From the IMG/VR virus record IMGVR_UViG_3300042450_001700: DNA of 64,000 nt; one strand, written 5' to 3'. Position 1 is the first letter of the stretch, and every line of letters starts with the position of its first letter. The notes beneath the pieces were generated by a model that worked only from the letters and a program-made list of their open reading frames with translations, searched no databases and was not told where the DNA came from. Source of the stretch: an uncultured virus (IMG/VR IMGVR_UViG_3300042450_001700). Taxonomy: Duplodnaviria > Heunggongvirae > Uroviricota > Caudoviricetes. Position numbers and translations under genes: made by a program. This document shows positions 55,363 to 64,000 of this stretch, one piece after another.

Positions 55363-55442
55363 TACGCCTTTCTATTAGTAATCTGATTTGTCGTCCATCA
55401 TGCGATGTAAGATACTCAAACAGCTAAAGGAAAGGGGCAGAC

Positions 55443-56315
55443 ATGCTACTCACCAAGAAGAACATGAAGGCAATCCGAGCAGAACAAGAAGAAAAACACC
55501 GTGAAGCTACGCGCAGTCTTCGCAAATTGCGTGTAGAACAAATGTACGAACAGCGCGCCAGCGGCATGTCTTTCCAAGAGATCGCCACAAACTTTGGTGT
55601 GACCCGTGAACGTGTCCGGCAGATACTCGCTGAGTTCCCTGAACTAAAAGCCGAATCCACTAAAGCAAGAGAAGCTGAGAAGTGGGCTGAAGTCTTAGAT
55701 CATGCAGACGAGATCGACGCATCGTTTATGCGAACCCACAAGAAGTCAAAGGTGATTGAGGAGTTCCCTTTCATCACTGCTGCAAGAATGAACCGCTACT
55801 TGACTGAACGGTTTCCTCTGCATCCATCTAGCAGATCGAATGCGGGACACTGGTCTGTTGAAGAGTTGGTTGGGTTTCTTCAAGAGGCAGCGGCCTCACG
55901 GCATTCACTTTCTGTCAACGACTACAGAAAGTGGAGCGAACGTGTCCGTAGCGAAGGTCGTAGAGTCCCCGTTGTGCTAACCGTTGTGACCCGATTCGGG
56001 CAATGGAATGAAGCAATCCGGCAGGCAGGTTTAGAACCAAAAGAACGGTATAACGAATACCGTGTCTGGAGTGATGAAGATGTAGAGAGCATTATGCGCT
56101 CGTTCATCTCTTATCAGATTGAACACGCTGAACGAATCAGCATTAGCAACCTTGACAAGTGGCTCTTGGAGCAACCTGTCGGGAGTGTTCCTTCTGAGGG
56201 GTTGTTCAGGAATCGAATCCCGAATTGGGCGGAGTACGTTGACGTTGCCTTAGCGGAAATGCAAACAACAGATCAAACAAACAAACAGAAAGCGGAAGCA
56301 AATGACCACATTTAG
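55443..56315 (+). CDS. Sigma70 region-4-like HTH protein with homing-endonuclease-associated repeats
   Basis: GMSFQEIATNFGVTRERVRQI; WS.EE...L..A...S...Y...P......RFG.WNEA...AGL. Confidence 0.7.
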   Translation: MLLTKKNMKAIRAEQEEKHREATRSLRKLRVEQMYEQRASGMSFQEIATNFGVTRERVRQILAEFPELKAESTKAREAEKWAEVLDHADEIDASFMRTHKKSKVIEEFPFITAARMNRYLTERFPLHPSSRSNAGHWSVEELVGFLQEAAASRHSLSVNDYRKWSERVRSEGRRVPVVLTVVTRFGQWNEAIRQAGLEPKERYNEYRVWSDEDVESIMRSFISYQIEHAERISISNLDKWLLEQPVGSVPSEGLFRNRIPNWAEYVDVALAEMQTTDQTNKQKAEANDHI

Positions 56316-56529
56316 TATCCAGACCGAACAGAAGTTCAGTGTTACTTACGAAATCGTTGCAGACAGTGCCAGCGAAGCGTGGGAGTTGCTGACAGGCAAT
56401 GCAGAACTGAACTGCGAACCTTCAGCCCGTGGGTGGTACTTGACCTGCGTCGATCAGCAGCCAAGTGACATCATTGCCACAATGGAAGAATCAACAATTC
56501 AGGTCTTGAAAGGACAAGCAGATGACTAA
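56302..56529 (+). CDS. Hypothetical protein
   Basis: Coupled ORF. Confidence 0.6.
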   Translation: MTTFSIQTEQKFSVTYEIVADSASEAWELLTGNAELNCEPSARGWYLTCVDQQPSDIIATMEESTIQVLKGQADD

Positions 56530-56830
56530 CAAAGAAATGGTTTCTCGAAAGCACCGAGGGGCAAGGACAAACCTTGAGTTTCTTGACAAGCTGAAGTGGC
56601 ACGATGCCCAAGCGAAACGCTTTGATCGGGCTGTCAAGAATCACCCGACTGCGACGCACTGGACGCGTTCGATACCCGGACTGCCGTCAGCTTGGCAGGA
56701 CAGCAATCAAGGTGGCACCGACCTGTGGGACGACTACTACATCCATCACGCCGACGGGAGCTTTGAGTACATCCAAGCTTTGCCGTTCGTTGAAGAATGG
56801 GAAACAGAACGCCCCGCTCCTCATAACTGA
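56522..56830 (+). CDS. Hypothetical protein
   Basis: Coupled ORF. Confidence 0.6.
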   Translation: MTNKEMVSRKHRGARTNLEFLDKLKWHDAQAKRFDRAVKNHPTATHWTRSIPGLPSAWQDSNQGGTDLWDDYYIHHADGSFEYIQALPFVEEWETERPAPHN

Positions 56831-56842
56831 GCGGGACTAGTC

Positions 56843-57056
56843 CTCGGCACCACCTCTCCTTTCCATCTCCACCTCGTGGTGCCGGGGCAATCTTTCTAAC
56901 TGAACGATCAGGTGGTGGTCGGGCCACCGTCCCTTCTCAGAGGGTTAGTAGTGGTCCCTCGCAGCAACGCACCGCACCACAGTGTCACGCCTTTAGGCTT
57001 TCGCAGGAGCAACGCCGAGCTAACACGCACCACACGCCCGGTCACCTCCTGATCTT
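56843..57056. ncRNA. Candidate structured intergenic RNA
   Basis: CTCGGCACCAC/GTGGTGCCGGG hairpin with a C/T loop; GATCAGG.GGTG/CACC.CCTGATC long-range stem. Confidence 0.35.
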
Positions 57057-57107
57057 TCAAGTCCACACCGTGTGGCAGCATGTAAACATTCAACAAGGGA
57101 GAAGATA

Positions 57108-57536
57108 ATGAATAAGAAAATTGGTTTAGCTTTGATCGTGATGATCGCAGCAAGCGGATGCGGTTCAACAATCGCAAGCGACGAACCCTACGCAGCGCCC
57201 GCGCCGCAAAGCATGAAGGATTACTTCAACGCTGAACCATCCTTCATGGATGACCTAAGCGGAGTCCAAGCAGACATGAGCGGAGTCAGCGCAGCAACAA
57301 AGACCGGCAACGTCGGAGTGGTTGACATAGCTTGCGAGAATCTGAGCGAGTCCGCATCTGAAGCGCTCGCCAAGTACAGTGACGCACCGGTGCAGCCGAT
57401 GCTTGACGCATTCCAAAACCTTGTTGACTCAGCAGCAGCGTGCATGGCAGGCGACTACGATAGCGCCACCACCTACGTCAACCAAGCAAGTGACAACTTC
57501 ACCGCGGCCACCGCTCAGATCAACGCCGCCGGTTAG
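57108..57536 (+). CDS. Lipoprotein
   Basis: MNKKIGLALIVMIAASGC lipobox; GGGAG SD. Confidence 0.75.
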   Translation: MNKKIGLALIVMIAASGCGSTIASDEPYAAPAPQSMKDYFNAEPSFMDDLSGVQADMSGVSAATKTGNVGVVDIACENLSESASEALAKYSDAPVQPMLDAFQNLVDSAAACMAGDYDSATTYVNQASDNFTAATAQINAAG

Positions 57537-57724
57537 ACAGGTTGCAACCAGCCCGCTTGTATCATGCCGGGAACGTGCGAACCACGCACCCAAGTAAGTT
57601 CCCCCGCCCGAGCGCCTAGCACCGCGACAGTGGCCCTAACGTGTTGTGTGTCGCCAACGTCATCACCGAGGATCGACGGGTTCGCTTCAGTAGCGGCTTT
57701 GCCTTGGTTGCATGAACAGGCCAT
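57533..57724 (-). CDS. Small MACSC-type protein
   Basis: MACSCNQGK...; end of the tail operon. Confidence 0.6.
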   Translation of the reverse strand: MACSCNQGKAATEANPSILGDDVGDTQHVRATVAVLGARAGELTWVRGSHVPGMIQAGWLQPV

Positions 57725-58107
57725 CAGTCAGACAGGTTCCAAGAAGTCATCACCGACGAGGGGGCTTCAACCGTGATCGTGTCAGGCTGGGCAGGCGTGG
57801 CGGCGGTTTCGTCTGAACCCTCAACCTGTACTTGAGGGTTAGGGTTAGGAGTCTCAACCTGTGGTTCAGGCTTCTTGCGGGCCGCACGTTTCTTAGGAGC
57901 AGGCGCAACTTCAACCGGAGCAACTTCAACCGGTGCTTCCACAGGCGCTTCAGTGGCCCACACAGGCGTTGTTGCGCCCGCCGGGGTAACGGCTACTAGC
58001 ATCCCCGATTTGACCCGCTGGGCGACCACAGGGTCCGCAGGGTCAAGGTCTTGGACTGTTCCGAACGGATGTTTGGGGAGACTGAACATTGCTTTGTAGA
58101 GAGTCAT
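57724..58107 (-). CDS. Hypothetical Pro/Ala-rich protein
   Basis: AGGA SD before ATG 58107; PKKRAARKK motif. Confidence 0.6.
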   Translation of the reverse strand: MTLYKAMFSLPKHPFGTVQDLDPADPVVAQRVKSGMLVAVTPAGATTPVWATEAPVEAPVEVAPVEVAPAPKKRAARKKPEPQVETPNPNPQVQVEGSDETAATPAQPDTITVEAPSSVMTSWNLSD

Positions 58108-58115
58108 GTTTGGTC

Positions 58116-58637
58116 CTAGAGGATGATGTTGACGAGGTTGCCGTTGATTGTTTGCACACCCGGTGTGAGCGTAGCCACATATGCTACCGCCTCGGGTTGC
58201 ACAAAGACGAGTTGCGCGCAGATCGTGTCGCAATCCGCTTGCGACCATCCATTCCAAAGAATGCAATCTCTGGTTGCTTGCTCAGGGAACGTCAAGTACC
58301 CCAAGTAGAAACCGACCAGCAAGTCTACGGGTTTGATCGGAGCGAGGATGTCGGGGTCCAACCCGAGTTCCCTTATCGCTTCTCGTTGGGCCAAGTACTC
58401 AGCCGATGGCAGTAACAGCGGATTAGGGTTGTTGACATAAAATTCCAGTGATGCAGCCGAATCAGTTGGTTGGTCTTCAGGCTGAACTGATCTTTTCAGT
58501 GATGTTGCAATCCTGTCCGCAAAGAAAGCAACAACACCGGGAATGGTGTCTGGCAGCGTTTCCCATGTTTGCGTTGTAGGTACCGTGTCAGCGTCAGCAT
58601 TTTCGCTTGTCATTGGTTCATCTCCGTTATCACTCAT
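58116..58637 (-). CDS. Hypothetical tail-region protein
   Basis: ATGA-coupled within the tail operon. Confidence 0.6.
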   Translation of the reverse strand: MSDNGDEPMTSENADADTVPTTQTWETLPDTIPGVVAFFADRIATSLKRSVQPEDQPTDSAASLEFYVNNPNPLLLPSAEYLAQREAIRELGLDPDILAPIKPVDLLVGFYLGYLTFPEQATRDCILWNGWSQADCDTICAQLVFVQPEAVAYVATLTPGVQTINGNLVNIIL

Positions 58638-59611
58638 ATCAGCGTCAACATTGTGAATCCATAAGAACCTTCAAATAGCGACGAGTAGCTCGCAGTCCAC
58701 GGCGGATTAGGAAAACCACTCGGAGGTAAAGGGAAGACGTTTGCGAAACCTGTTACTGCGTTCAGCCCAAAACTGACTCTTACCGACTCGCCCGGTTGAA
58801 GGGTGATGAAGCCGGTTGTTGTTCCAAGTTCAGTGATGGCGGCAACAAGACCCGTACCGCCGCCATCCAAGTTGTATCCAGAAAGATCAGGTGTTGCCCA
58901 ACCAGAACCCATTAGATCGCCACCGTAAGGGAAGACGAATGGGTAGCCCACAGAGTTCGTGTTATTGCTCGCTACTTGGTATGCGGTAGCAAACGGAACA
59001 TGGGTAACTGTCATGGATGGTTTGTTGGACATTGCGACGGGTGGTGGAGCGGCTGTTGGAAAAATCTGGAAGTAGGTCTTACCAACGATCTCTACCCACG
59101 GTGACTGCAAAGTCACATAATCTTGTACCCGTGGATATTTTATATCTATTAGAACCCTACGGGCAATCGGAGAAGTGTTAGCAATCGTTGCATGATTGCC
59201 AACATTGTCAGGGTCTATCATCTTGAAGTTTGCCCTCTGACTCAAAGCAACGTATGCCCGATTCCACCATATGCAATGTCTGCCCTCATACGGGCTTGTC
59301 TGAAACTGCCAGTAACCAGCCACATCAGGAGTCACAACAGGGACCACCTGAACAATGGAATGGTTGGTACAGGACTCAGGTCGCGCCCACACCTTACATT
59401 TCGCAGCATCCCAATAGAGTCCGTTCCCGCTAGGTGAACCAGCATCTATGTTGGCGGGGGCAGCAAAGAAACCCCTCGCAGGAACCTGTGTAGACATCCC
59501 CGGTTCAACCCAAAACTTGTTCGTCGTGTCATCCCAATGCAAACCGTTATTGAGGTCAACATCACCACACGCAAACGGCCACGCCGCTGTTGGTACACCA
59601 CACTGTGCCAT
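58634..59611 (-). CDS. Putative minor tail/fibre protein
   Basis: 325 aa, beta-rich, in the tail operon. Confidence 0.55.
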   Translation of the reverse strand: MAQCGVPTAAWPFACGDVDLNNGLHWDDTTNKFWVEPGMSTQVPARGFFAAPANIDAGSPSGNGLYWDAAKCKVWARPESCTNHSIVQVVPVVTPDVAGYWQFQTSPYEGRHCIWWNRAYVALSQRANFKMIDPDNVGNHATIANTSPIARRVLIDIKYPRVQDYVTLQSPWVEIVGKTYFQIFPTAAPPPVAMSNKPSMTVTHVPFATAYQVASNNTNSVGYPFVFPYGGDLMGSGWATPDLSGYNLDGGGTGLVAAITELGTTTGFITLQPGESVRVSFGLNAVTGFANVFPLPPSGFPNPPWTASYSSLFEGSYGFTMLTLI

Positions 59612-59622
59612 TCAGAATCCTC

Positions 59623-60180
59623 TCAAGGGAGCGTCGCAAGATAAGTAGTCGTCGCCGCTTGCGCCGCAGCAAAGTTGACTGCGCCTTCAACCGCTTGCAG
59701 CCATGTCTTGAAGGCGGGTCCACCGGCGATCAAACCAGTTGCACCGCAAGTCAAAATGTTCCCCGTCGAAAACGGGACAACAGGTTGCGCAAGTAGCGGA
59801 TTAGCAATAGTCCCATCGCCGCTCAGAAGAATGCACTGAGTGTCACCAACGCCCGCAACAGGAACGTTTGACCCATCAACAAACAAGCCCGCGATACCGC
59901 ATTCCAAAATGTTGTCAAGATCAGGGTCGATCACAGGAGTAATCACATACGGGTCAGCCTCGGTTCCCAACCCGCCAACCTCAATGCAAGAAGTGTTCTC
60001 AACTACAAGCGGCACCGCCAACAAACCATCAGGACCACAAGTCAACGTGTTACTAACCACAGGGTCAATAATCGGTGCGAGTACAAACGGCGCGCCCGTC
60101 GAACCATTACCAGAAACAGTAATGCAAGCTGAAGGACTAATACTGCAAACACAAGTAGAGGAACAACCGCAACGTGCCAT
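59623..60180 (-). CDS. Putative minor tail protein with repeated G.G...P..P motifs
   Basis: MARCGC...; three C-I-x-V/L-x-G-x-G-T..P repeats. Confidence 0.6.
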   Translation of the reverse strand: MARCGCSSTCVCSISPSACITVSGNGSTGAPFVLAPIIDPVVSNTLTCGPDGLLAVPLVVENTSCIEVGGLGTEADPYVITPVIDPDLDNILECGIAGLFVDGSNVPVAGVGDTQCILLSGDGTIANPLLAQPVVPFSTGNILTCGATGLIAGGPAFKTWLQAVEGAVNFAAAQAATTTYLATLP

Positions 60181-60194
60181 ATCAGAATCCTAAC

Positions 60195-60383
60195 TCATTG
60201 ACTACCAATAATCGGTCCGTACACCCCAGTTGGGACGTACAGGTATTTGAGGTCCGTGCCGACCTGAGCGAGAATCCAACCCCTGTCAGGCGGCAACGCC
60301 CCCGGCTGTTCTAGCGCACGAACACGCGCTTCCAATACTTCGATCCGGTGACCAAGATTGCGTTCATCATCACGAAAAGACAT
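60195..60383 (-). CDS. Small tail-associated coiled-coil protein
   Basis: LEARVRALE; directly after the minor tail gene. Confidence 0.6.
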   Translation of the reverse strand: MSFRDDERNLGHRIEVLEARVRALEQPGALPPDRGWILAQVGTDLKYLYVPTGVYGPIIGSQ

Positions 60384-62305
60384 CAGGTGCCAACCGTTCC
60401 AAGAGGTTGCAAGTCGATAGACACGCTACCATCAAACCCGACTTTCACAGACTTCAACCGGAAGTCCGCTACAACTTGACGGCATGAAGCACTGCTGTCA
60501 ACTCGCACTCTGATTCCCGGTATCAACTCCGGCAGCGTGATCGGCGCTGTTGGTTTCAGACCACCGCCAGAACCAGAGTCAATGTATAACTGGTCTTGCA
60601 GCAGAGCGAGTCGTGTGTTTGCCGCAGCTTGCGCAGACGCAACATCTTCGATTTCTGTTTCGCTGAAGGTTCGCACGAGGAGGCCGTAGAAGTCCGTATA
60701 AGGCGTGGTAGCAGTCGCGATGCCCGTAACGCCTTTCCCTAGAACGATCACCTGTGTGGCTTGATCGTTGCCTCTAGCGCTGATCGTGGGTGGCTGAACC
60801 CAGAACTCGTCCGTCAGAACAACGTATGGGTCAGCGGGGACTTGCTCGCCGCCGCAAAGAATGGTCCGCCCGTATGCCGAGTAGTCAATTCCTGTCTTAG
60901 CTAGTTCAGATAAAAGATCAGACGCATACTTGTAATCTGTTTGTAAATAGGTTCGTGAACCGAGGATGCCTGTCGGAGTCGTCGTGATACTAAAGTTCGC
61001 AACCGGATCAGTAGACATCGCAGAAGTAACAACAGACTCAAAAATCGTCGCAAGGTCCACGTTCACAAAGTTCAGATCGGCAGGCAACACACGCCTATCC
61101 CACCACGCGGTAAGATCAGCAGCAGTAACCTTGACCGTCCCGTAACCAAACTCCACGCCCGTCACTGGGCCGCACCACGCGTCTCGCCCGTCACGGTAAA
61201 CGATGATCTCGGTATTCCACGGGTACACTTCTTCCCAATTATCGCAGCAGGATTCTCCGAGTAGACCAGAAGTTACGCCGGTCATTTCTAGGGTTGAAGT
61301 TGCGTCAACGTCGCGGGTGAAGGAACCGGATACGGGGTTGAGTTCTGCGATGACACTTCCGCCGCCGCGGGTCATTAGTAGGACTTGTATGTCCTCGCCT
61401 ACGCCGAGTGTTGCACCGGGCAGACAGGTCGGGGTGAGAACGGATTGAAACGGTGGGATCAACACGCCCGCAACAACTTGTCCTGCGAAAGCATCTTCAG
61501 GGGGGCTATCGAAAGCGCTGAACATGGCTGTCAGCAGCACATGTACTTCTTCGACCGTAGGTATCGTGGCCGAGGTAACAACAACATCACCGGGAGCCAA
61601 CGCACTGTCGTTCGTCCAAGCATCACCAAACGGTGGAGGCCCTGAAGGAGTGAAGCTTGTCGCAGTACTAGAAATTGCAGCCGTGACCAATGGGCCGACC
61701 GTTGTTGGGCTAACCCACGGGGGAACCGCATCAGCAGAAAATGTTGCGGCACCTGTTGCCCAGTAGCCGTCGGGGTCCATCGGCAAGGTCATCGTTGTGG
61801 TTGTTTCCAAGTACATACCACCGGGAACAACGGTTGCTGTTGTCACACAGGTTGCACCGGAGAAAGACCACGAGAATGGGTTGCCGTAATCAGGTGCGAA
61901 GAAACCGTCCAAACTATTGTTGCAAACACCCGCATCGCTGGACTTGCCAAACTCAACAACCTCGCCAAACTGATTCGGCACAGACCCCGTAAAAACCTCA
62001 TACGGTTGTATGCGTACAAGTCCTTGAATGAGTTGTGTGTTGCCAAGAGAATCTTCAAGCAGACAAGTAACTGATTCGCAGCCCGGACTTGTAACAGGGC
62101 CACAAGTGTAAGCCTGCGGTAACGCATCAAACACGACGAGCGGGTTAGGAGAAAATCCTCCCCCCGAGTAAGTCCACTTGACTATCGGGTTGGTAGATGA
62201 GGTGACTGCACCTGTTACTTGTACGACAGCGCCGGGGTAACCAACCTCTGTGTAGCTGATTGAGAGTGCGGAGTAGTCAACTTGTATCTGACCGCTGATC
62301 GGCAT
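60383..62305 (-). CDS. Minor tail protein (ReqiPepy6 Gp37-like baseplate hub in the C-terminal half)
   Basis: PW..EIIVYRDG..AWCGPV, AADL.AWWDRR and LIPG motifs. Confidence 0.7.
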   Translation of the reverse strand: MPISGQIQVDYSALSISYTEVGYPGAVVQVTGAVTSSTNPIVKWTYSGGGFSPNPLVVFDALPQAYTCGPVTSPGCESVTCLLEDSLGNTQLIQGLVRIQPYEVFTGSVPNQFGEVVEFGKSSDAGVCNNSLDGFFAPDYGNPFSWSFSGATCVTTATVVPGGMYLETTTTMTLPMDPDGYWATGAATFSADAVPPWVSPTTVGPLVTAAISSTATSFTPSGPPPFGDAWTNDSALAPGDVVVTSATIPTVEEVHVLLTAMFSAFDSPPEDAFAGQVVAGVLIPPFQSVLTPTCLPGATLGVGEDIQVLLMTRGGGSVIAELNPVSGSFTRDVDATSTLEMTGVTSGLLGESCCDNWEEVYPWNTEIIVYRDGRDAWCGPVTGVEFGYGTVKVTAADLTAWWDRRVLPADLNFVNVDLATIFESVVTSAMSTDPVANFSITTTPTGILGSRTYLQTDYKYASDLLSELAKTGIDYSAYGRTILCGGEQVPADPYVVLTDEFWVQPPTISARGNDQATQVIVLGKGVTGIATATTPYTDFYGLLVRTFSETEIEDVASAQAAANTRLALLQDQLYIDSGSGGGLKPTAPITLPELIPGIRVRVDSSASCRQVVADFRLKSVKVGFDGSVSIDLQPLGTVGT

Positions 62306-62309
62306 TAGG

Positions 62310-64000
62310 TCAGCCGCCCGAGGCTAGGAACTTGCCCGCCGCACCAATCGTCACCCACGCACTATCAGACACCCGTGCATCAACCGAAATAATGAAACAC
62401 AACGTCGCGCACTGCGGCAGATCAAACCACTGAAACCCGGCGAACCCCGCCGACCCAACAATGCCCTGACCAGAGGTGTAAGTACCGCCCGCAAGTTCCA
62501 ACGAAACAATCCGGGTACGAGAGTCAATCGTCAGCGTCGAACCCGACGGGAGTTGCGAAACGGTTAGCTCCTGACACGGGACAATACATTTCCAATATTC
62601 ATCGTCTGCGATAATTCCACAAGGGCAAGGAATAGGCGGATCAAGATCAGCACGAGGATTCTCGTAAGCCGAGATTTTGAGGTTCCGCAGATCGGTAGCG
62701 CCCGCAAAAATTTGGATGAAAGAAGTCGCACTATTCCAGTCGGAAACATTTGTGTAAGACGCGCATATCTGTTTCGTTACCCACGGCTCGCACCAACAAT
62801 CATCGTCAGGAATGAACGGCAACGGTGGCGGGGTACGAACTACACCGCAGTCCGGTATGAACGAAATCGGTTCAATCTCAGGGCAGTCAATGCAGTCAGT
62901 AAAACACTTTTCATAAAGTTCAGCAGGGAACGGTTCCTCAAACACAGGGAACGTCAGATCAGAAAAGATGTACGGCAACTCAGATGCAATCGTGAACTGA
63001 ACCTTCAACGTCGTGTACCCGCACTGATCGCAGCAGGTGCCGAACTTGTCCACGACCTTCGGACCGTCTACTAGCCCTGTGCGGTGCAGGACACGACCGT
63101 AGTCCAACGGGTCAGCCTCAGCGGGTGGGCAGCACTTCAACATGAAGAAGTCACCCAACGCGCAATCAAAGCACCCAGTGGCACCGATCAGCGCTTCGTT
63201 CAACCAGTGCAGCCCGTACTCTGAACCACAACAAGTCTTTGCAAACAGGTAACCCGTTACGGTTAGTGTTCGTGGCCCCAACTTTAGTGGCCCCAAACTT
63301 CCACCATAGATGGAAGCGGGAGCTAGATCGCGTTGCACAACAGAATCAAAACCGGTTATGTCTTCAACGAACAGACCGTAGAAGTCACCTGACTCAGGCA
63401 CCTCTGGATCAAACCACGCAGGGCTATCAACGCCGCCTGTCAGATCAAGCTCATAGATTCCCGACGGCCCGGTCACTTCCCATATCCAAGTCCACCCCGT
63501 TGCAGAGATACTTACCGGGGCGATACCACTGCCGAAATCAAAGCAAACAAAACTAACTGCCGGAAACGATGCACCCACGATAGGTGTGTCCCAACGAAAC
63601 TCAACATCAACCGCGCCCGCAGGTTGAGACACAACTTGCGACGCTGTTCCTGATGGAAAGAAGTTCCAGCCCGCAGAACCAGTACCAGTCACAGATGTTG
63701 AACCCGGCAGCGGATTAGTAAAATCGTCAACCGACCACAAGTACATTCCCGAATCTGCTGAAGTCCACAAACCCGTGTCAACGGTGATGCAACTAATTCT
63801 GCAACCAACAAGAACCGCCCCCGGCACAGGTGGAACTACCGGCATCGGAACACCCGCACCCATAAAATCTGAAGCAAAAGGCAGAGGAAACGTATCGAAC
63901 AGCAAATTGAGTGAAGCAGGATTGAGACTTGAACCGGGCAGCAGCGGGATACCACCAAAGTCGCCTGCGTCGATCAAGTCGTCCGTCTGCTCAACCTCAA
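62310..64000 (-). CDS. Minor tail / distal tail protein (5' end probably beyond the window)
   Basis: SPAWFDPEVPES.DF.G, CCGSEYGL.WL and IDSRTR motifs; frame open to the window edge. Confidence 0.65.
   Translation of the reverse strand, partial: EVEQTDDLIDAGDFGGIPLLPGSSLNPASLNLLFDTFPLPFASDFMGAGVPMPVVPPVPGAVLVGCRISCITVDTGLWTSADSGMYLWSVDDFTNPLPGSTSVTGTGSAGWNFFPSGTASQVVSQPAGAVDVEFRWDTPIVGASFPAVSFVCFDFGSGIAPVSISATGWTWIWEVTGPSGIYELDLTGGVDSPAWFDPEVPESGDFYGLFVEDITGFDSVVQRDLAPASIYGGSLGPLKLGPRTLTVTGYLFAKTCCGSEYGLHWLNEALIGATGCFDCALGDFFMLKCCPPAEADPLDYGRVLHRTGLVDGPKVVDKFGTCCDQCGYTTLKVQFTIASELPYIFSDLTFPVFEEPFPAELYEKCFTDCIDCPEIEPISFIPDCGVVRTPPPLPFIPDDDCWCEPWVTKQICASYTNVSDWNSATSFIQIFAGATDLRNLKISAYENPRADLDPPIPCPCGIIADDEYWKCIVPCQELTVSQLPSGSTLTIDSRTRIVSLELAGGTYTSGQGIVGSAGFAGFQWFDLPQCATLCFIISVDARVSDSAWVTIGAAGKFLASGG

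Noticed and set aside
57834..57848. GGGTTAGGGTTAGG telomere-like repeat
   Set aside because: Only two units, inside a gene; better explained as part of the dispersed AACCCTCAA/TTGAGGGTT motif

Overview
This window is a 64 kb stretch of a tailed dsDNA phage genome, most likely infecting an Actinomycetota host (WhiB-family regulator, Rpf-like transglycosylase, TTGTCCACA DnaA boxes, many leaderless genes). Recognisable modules are: head genes (portal, protease fusion, major capsid followed by three glycosyltransferases); recombination and replication genes (SSAP-like, HIRAN, SSB, PD-(D/E)XK exonuclease, DnaB-like helicase, initiator); lysis genes (M15 endolysin, holin); dispersed terminase subunits; a ParB/methyltransferase/PLP-enzyme DNA-modification locus; and tail genes. 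Three things stand out. (1) At least six ORF-free units of about 265-900 nt sit behind copies of the phage's repeated promoters and show long-range base pairing, consistent with a set of large structured ncRNAs; three of them are in tandem at 44.2-46.6 kb. (2) A ~5.4 kb island at 29.6-35.1 kb holds four single-gene cassettes separated by nearly adenine-free repeat tracts and bracketed by dense arrays of DnaA boxes mixed with LexA-like boxes. (3) There are two repeated promoter classes, one with a 17-bp palindromic operator and one with the geometry of the actinobacterial PafBC/RecA-NDp -26 element. All calls were made by eye; no searches or folding programs were run.
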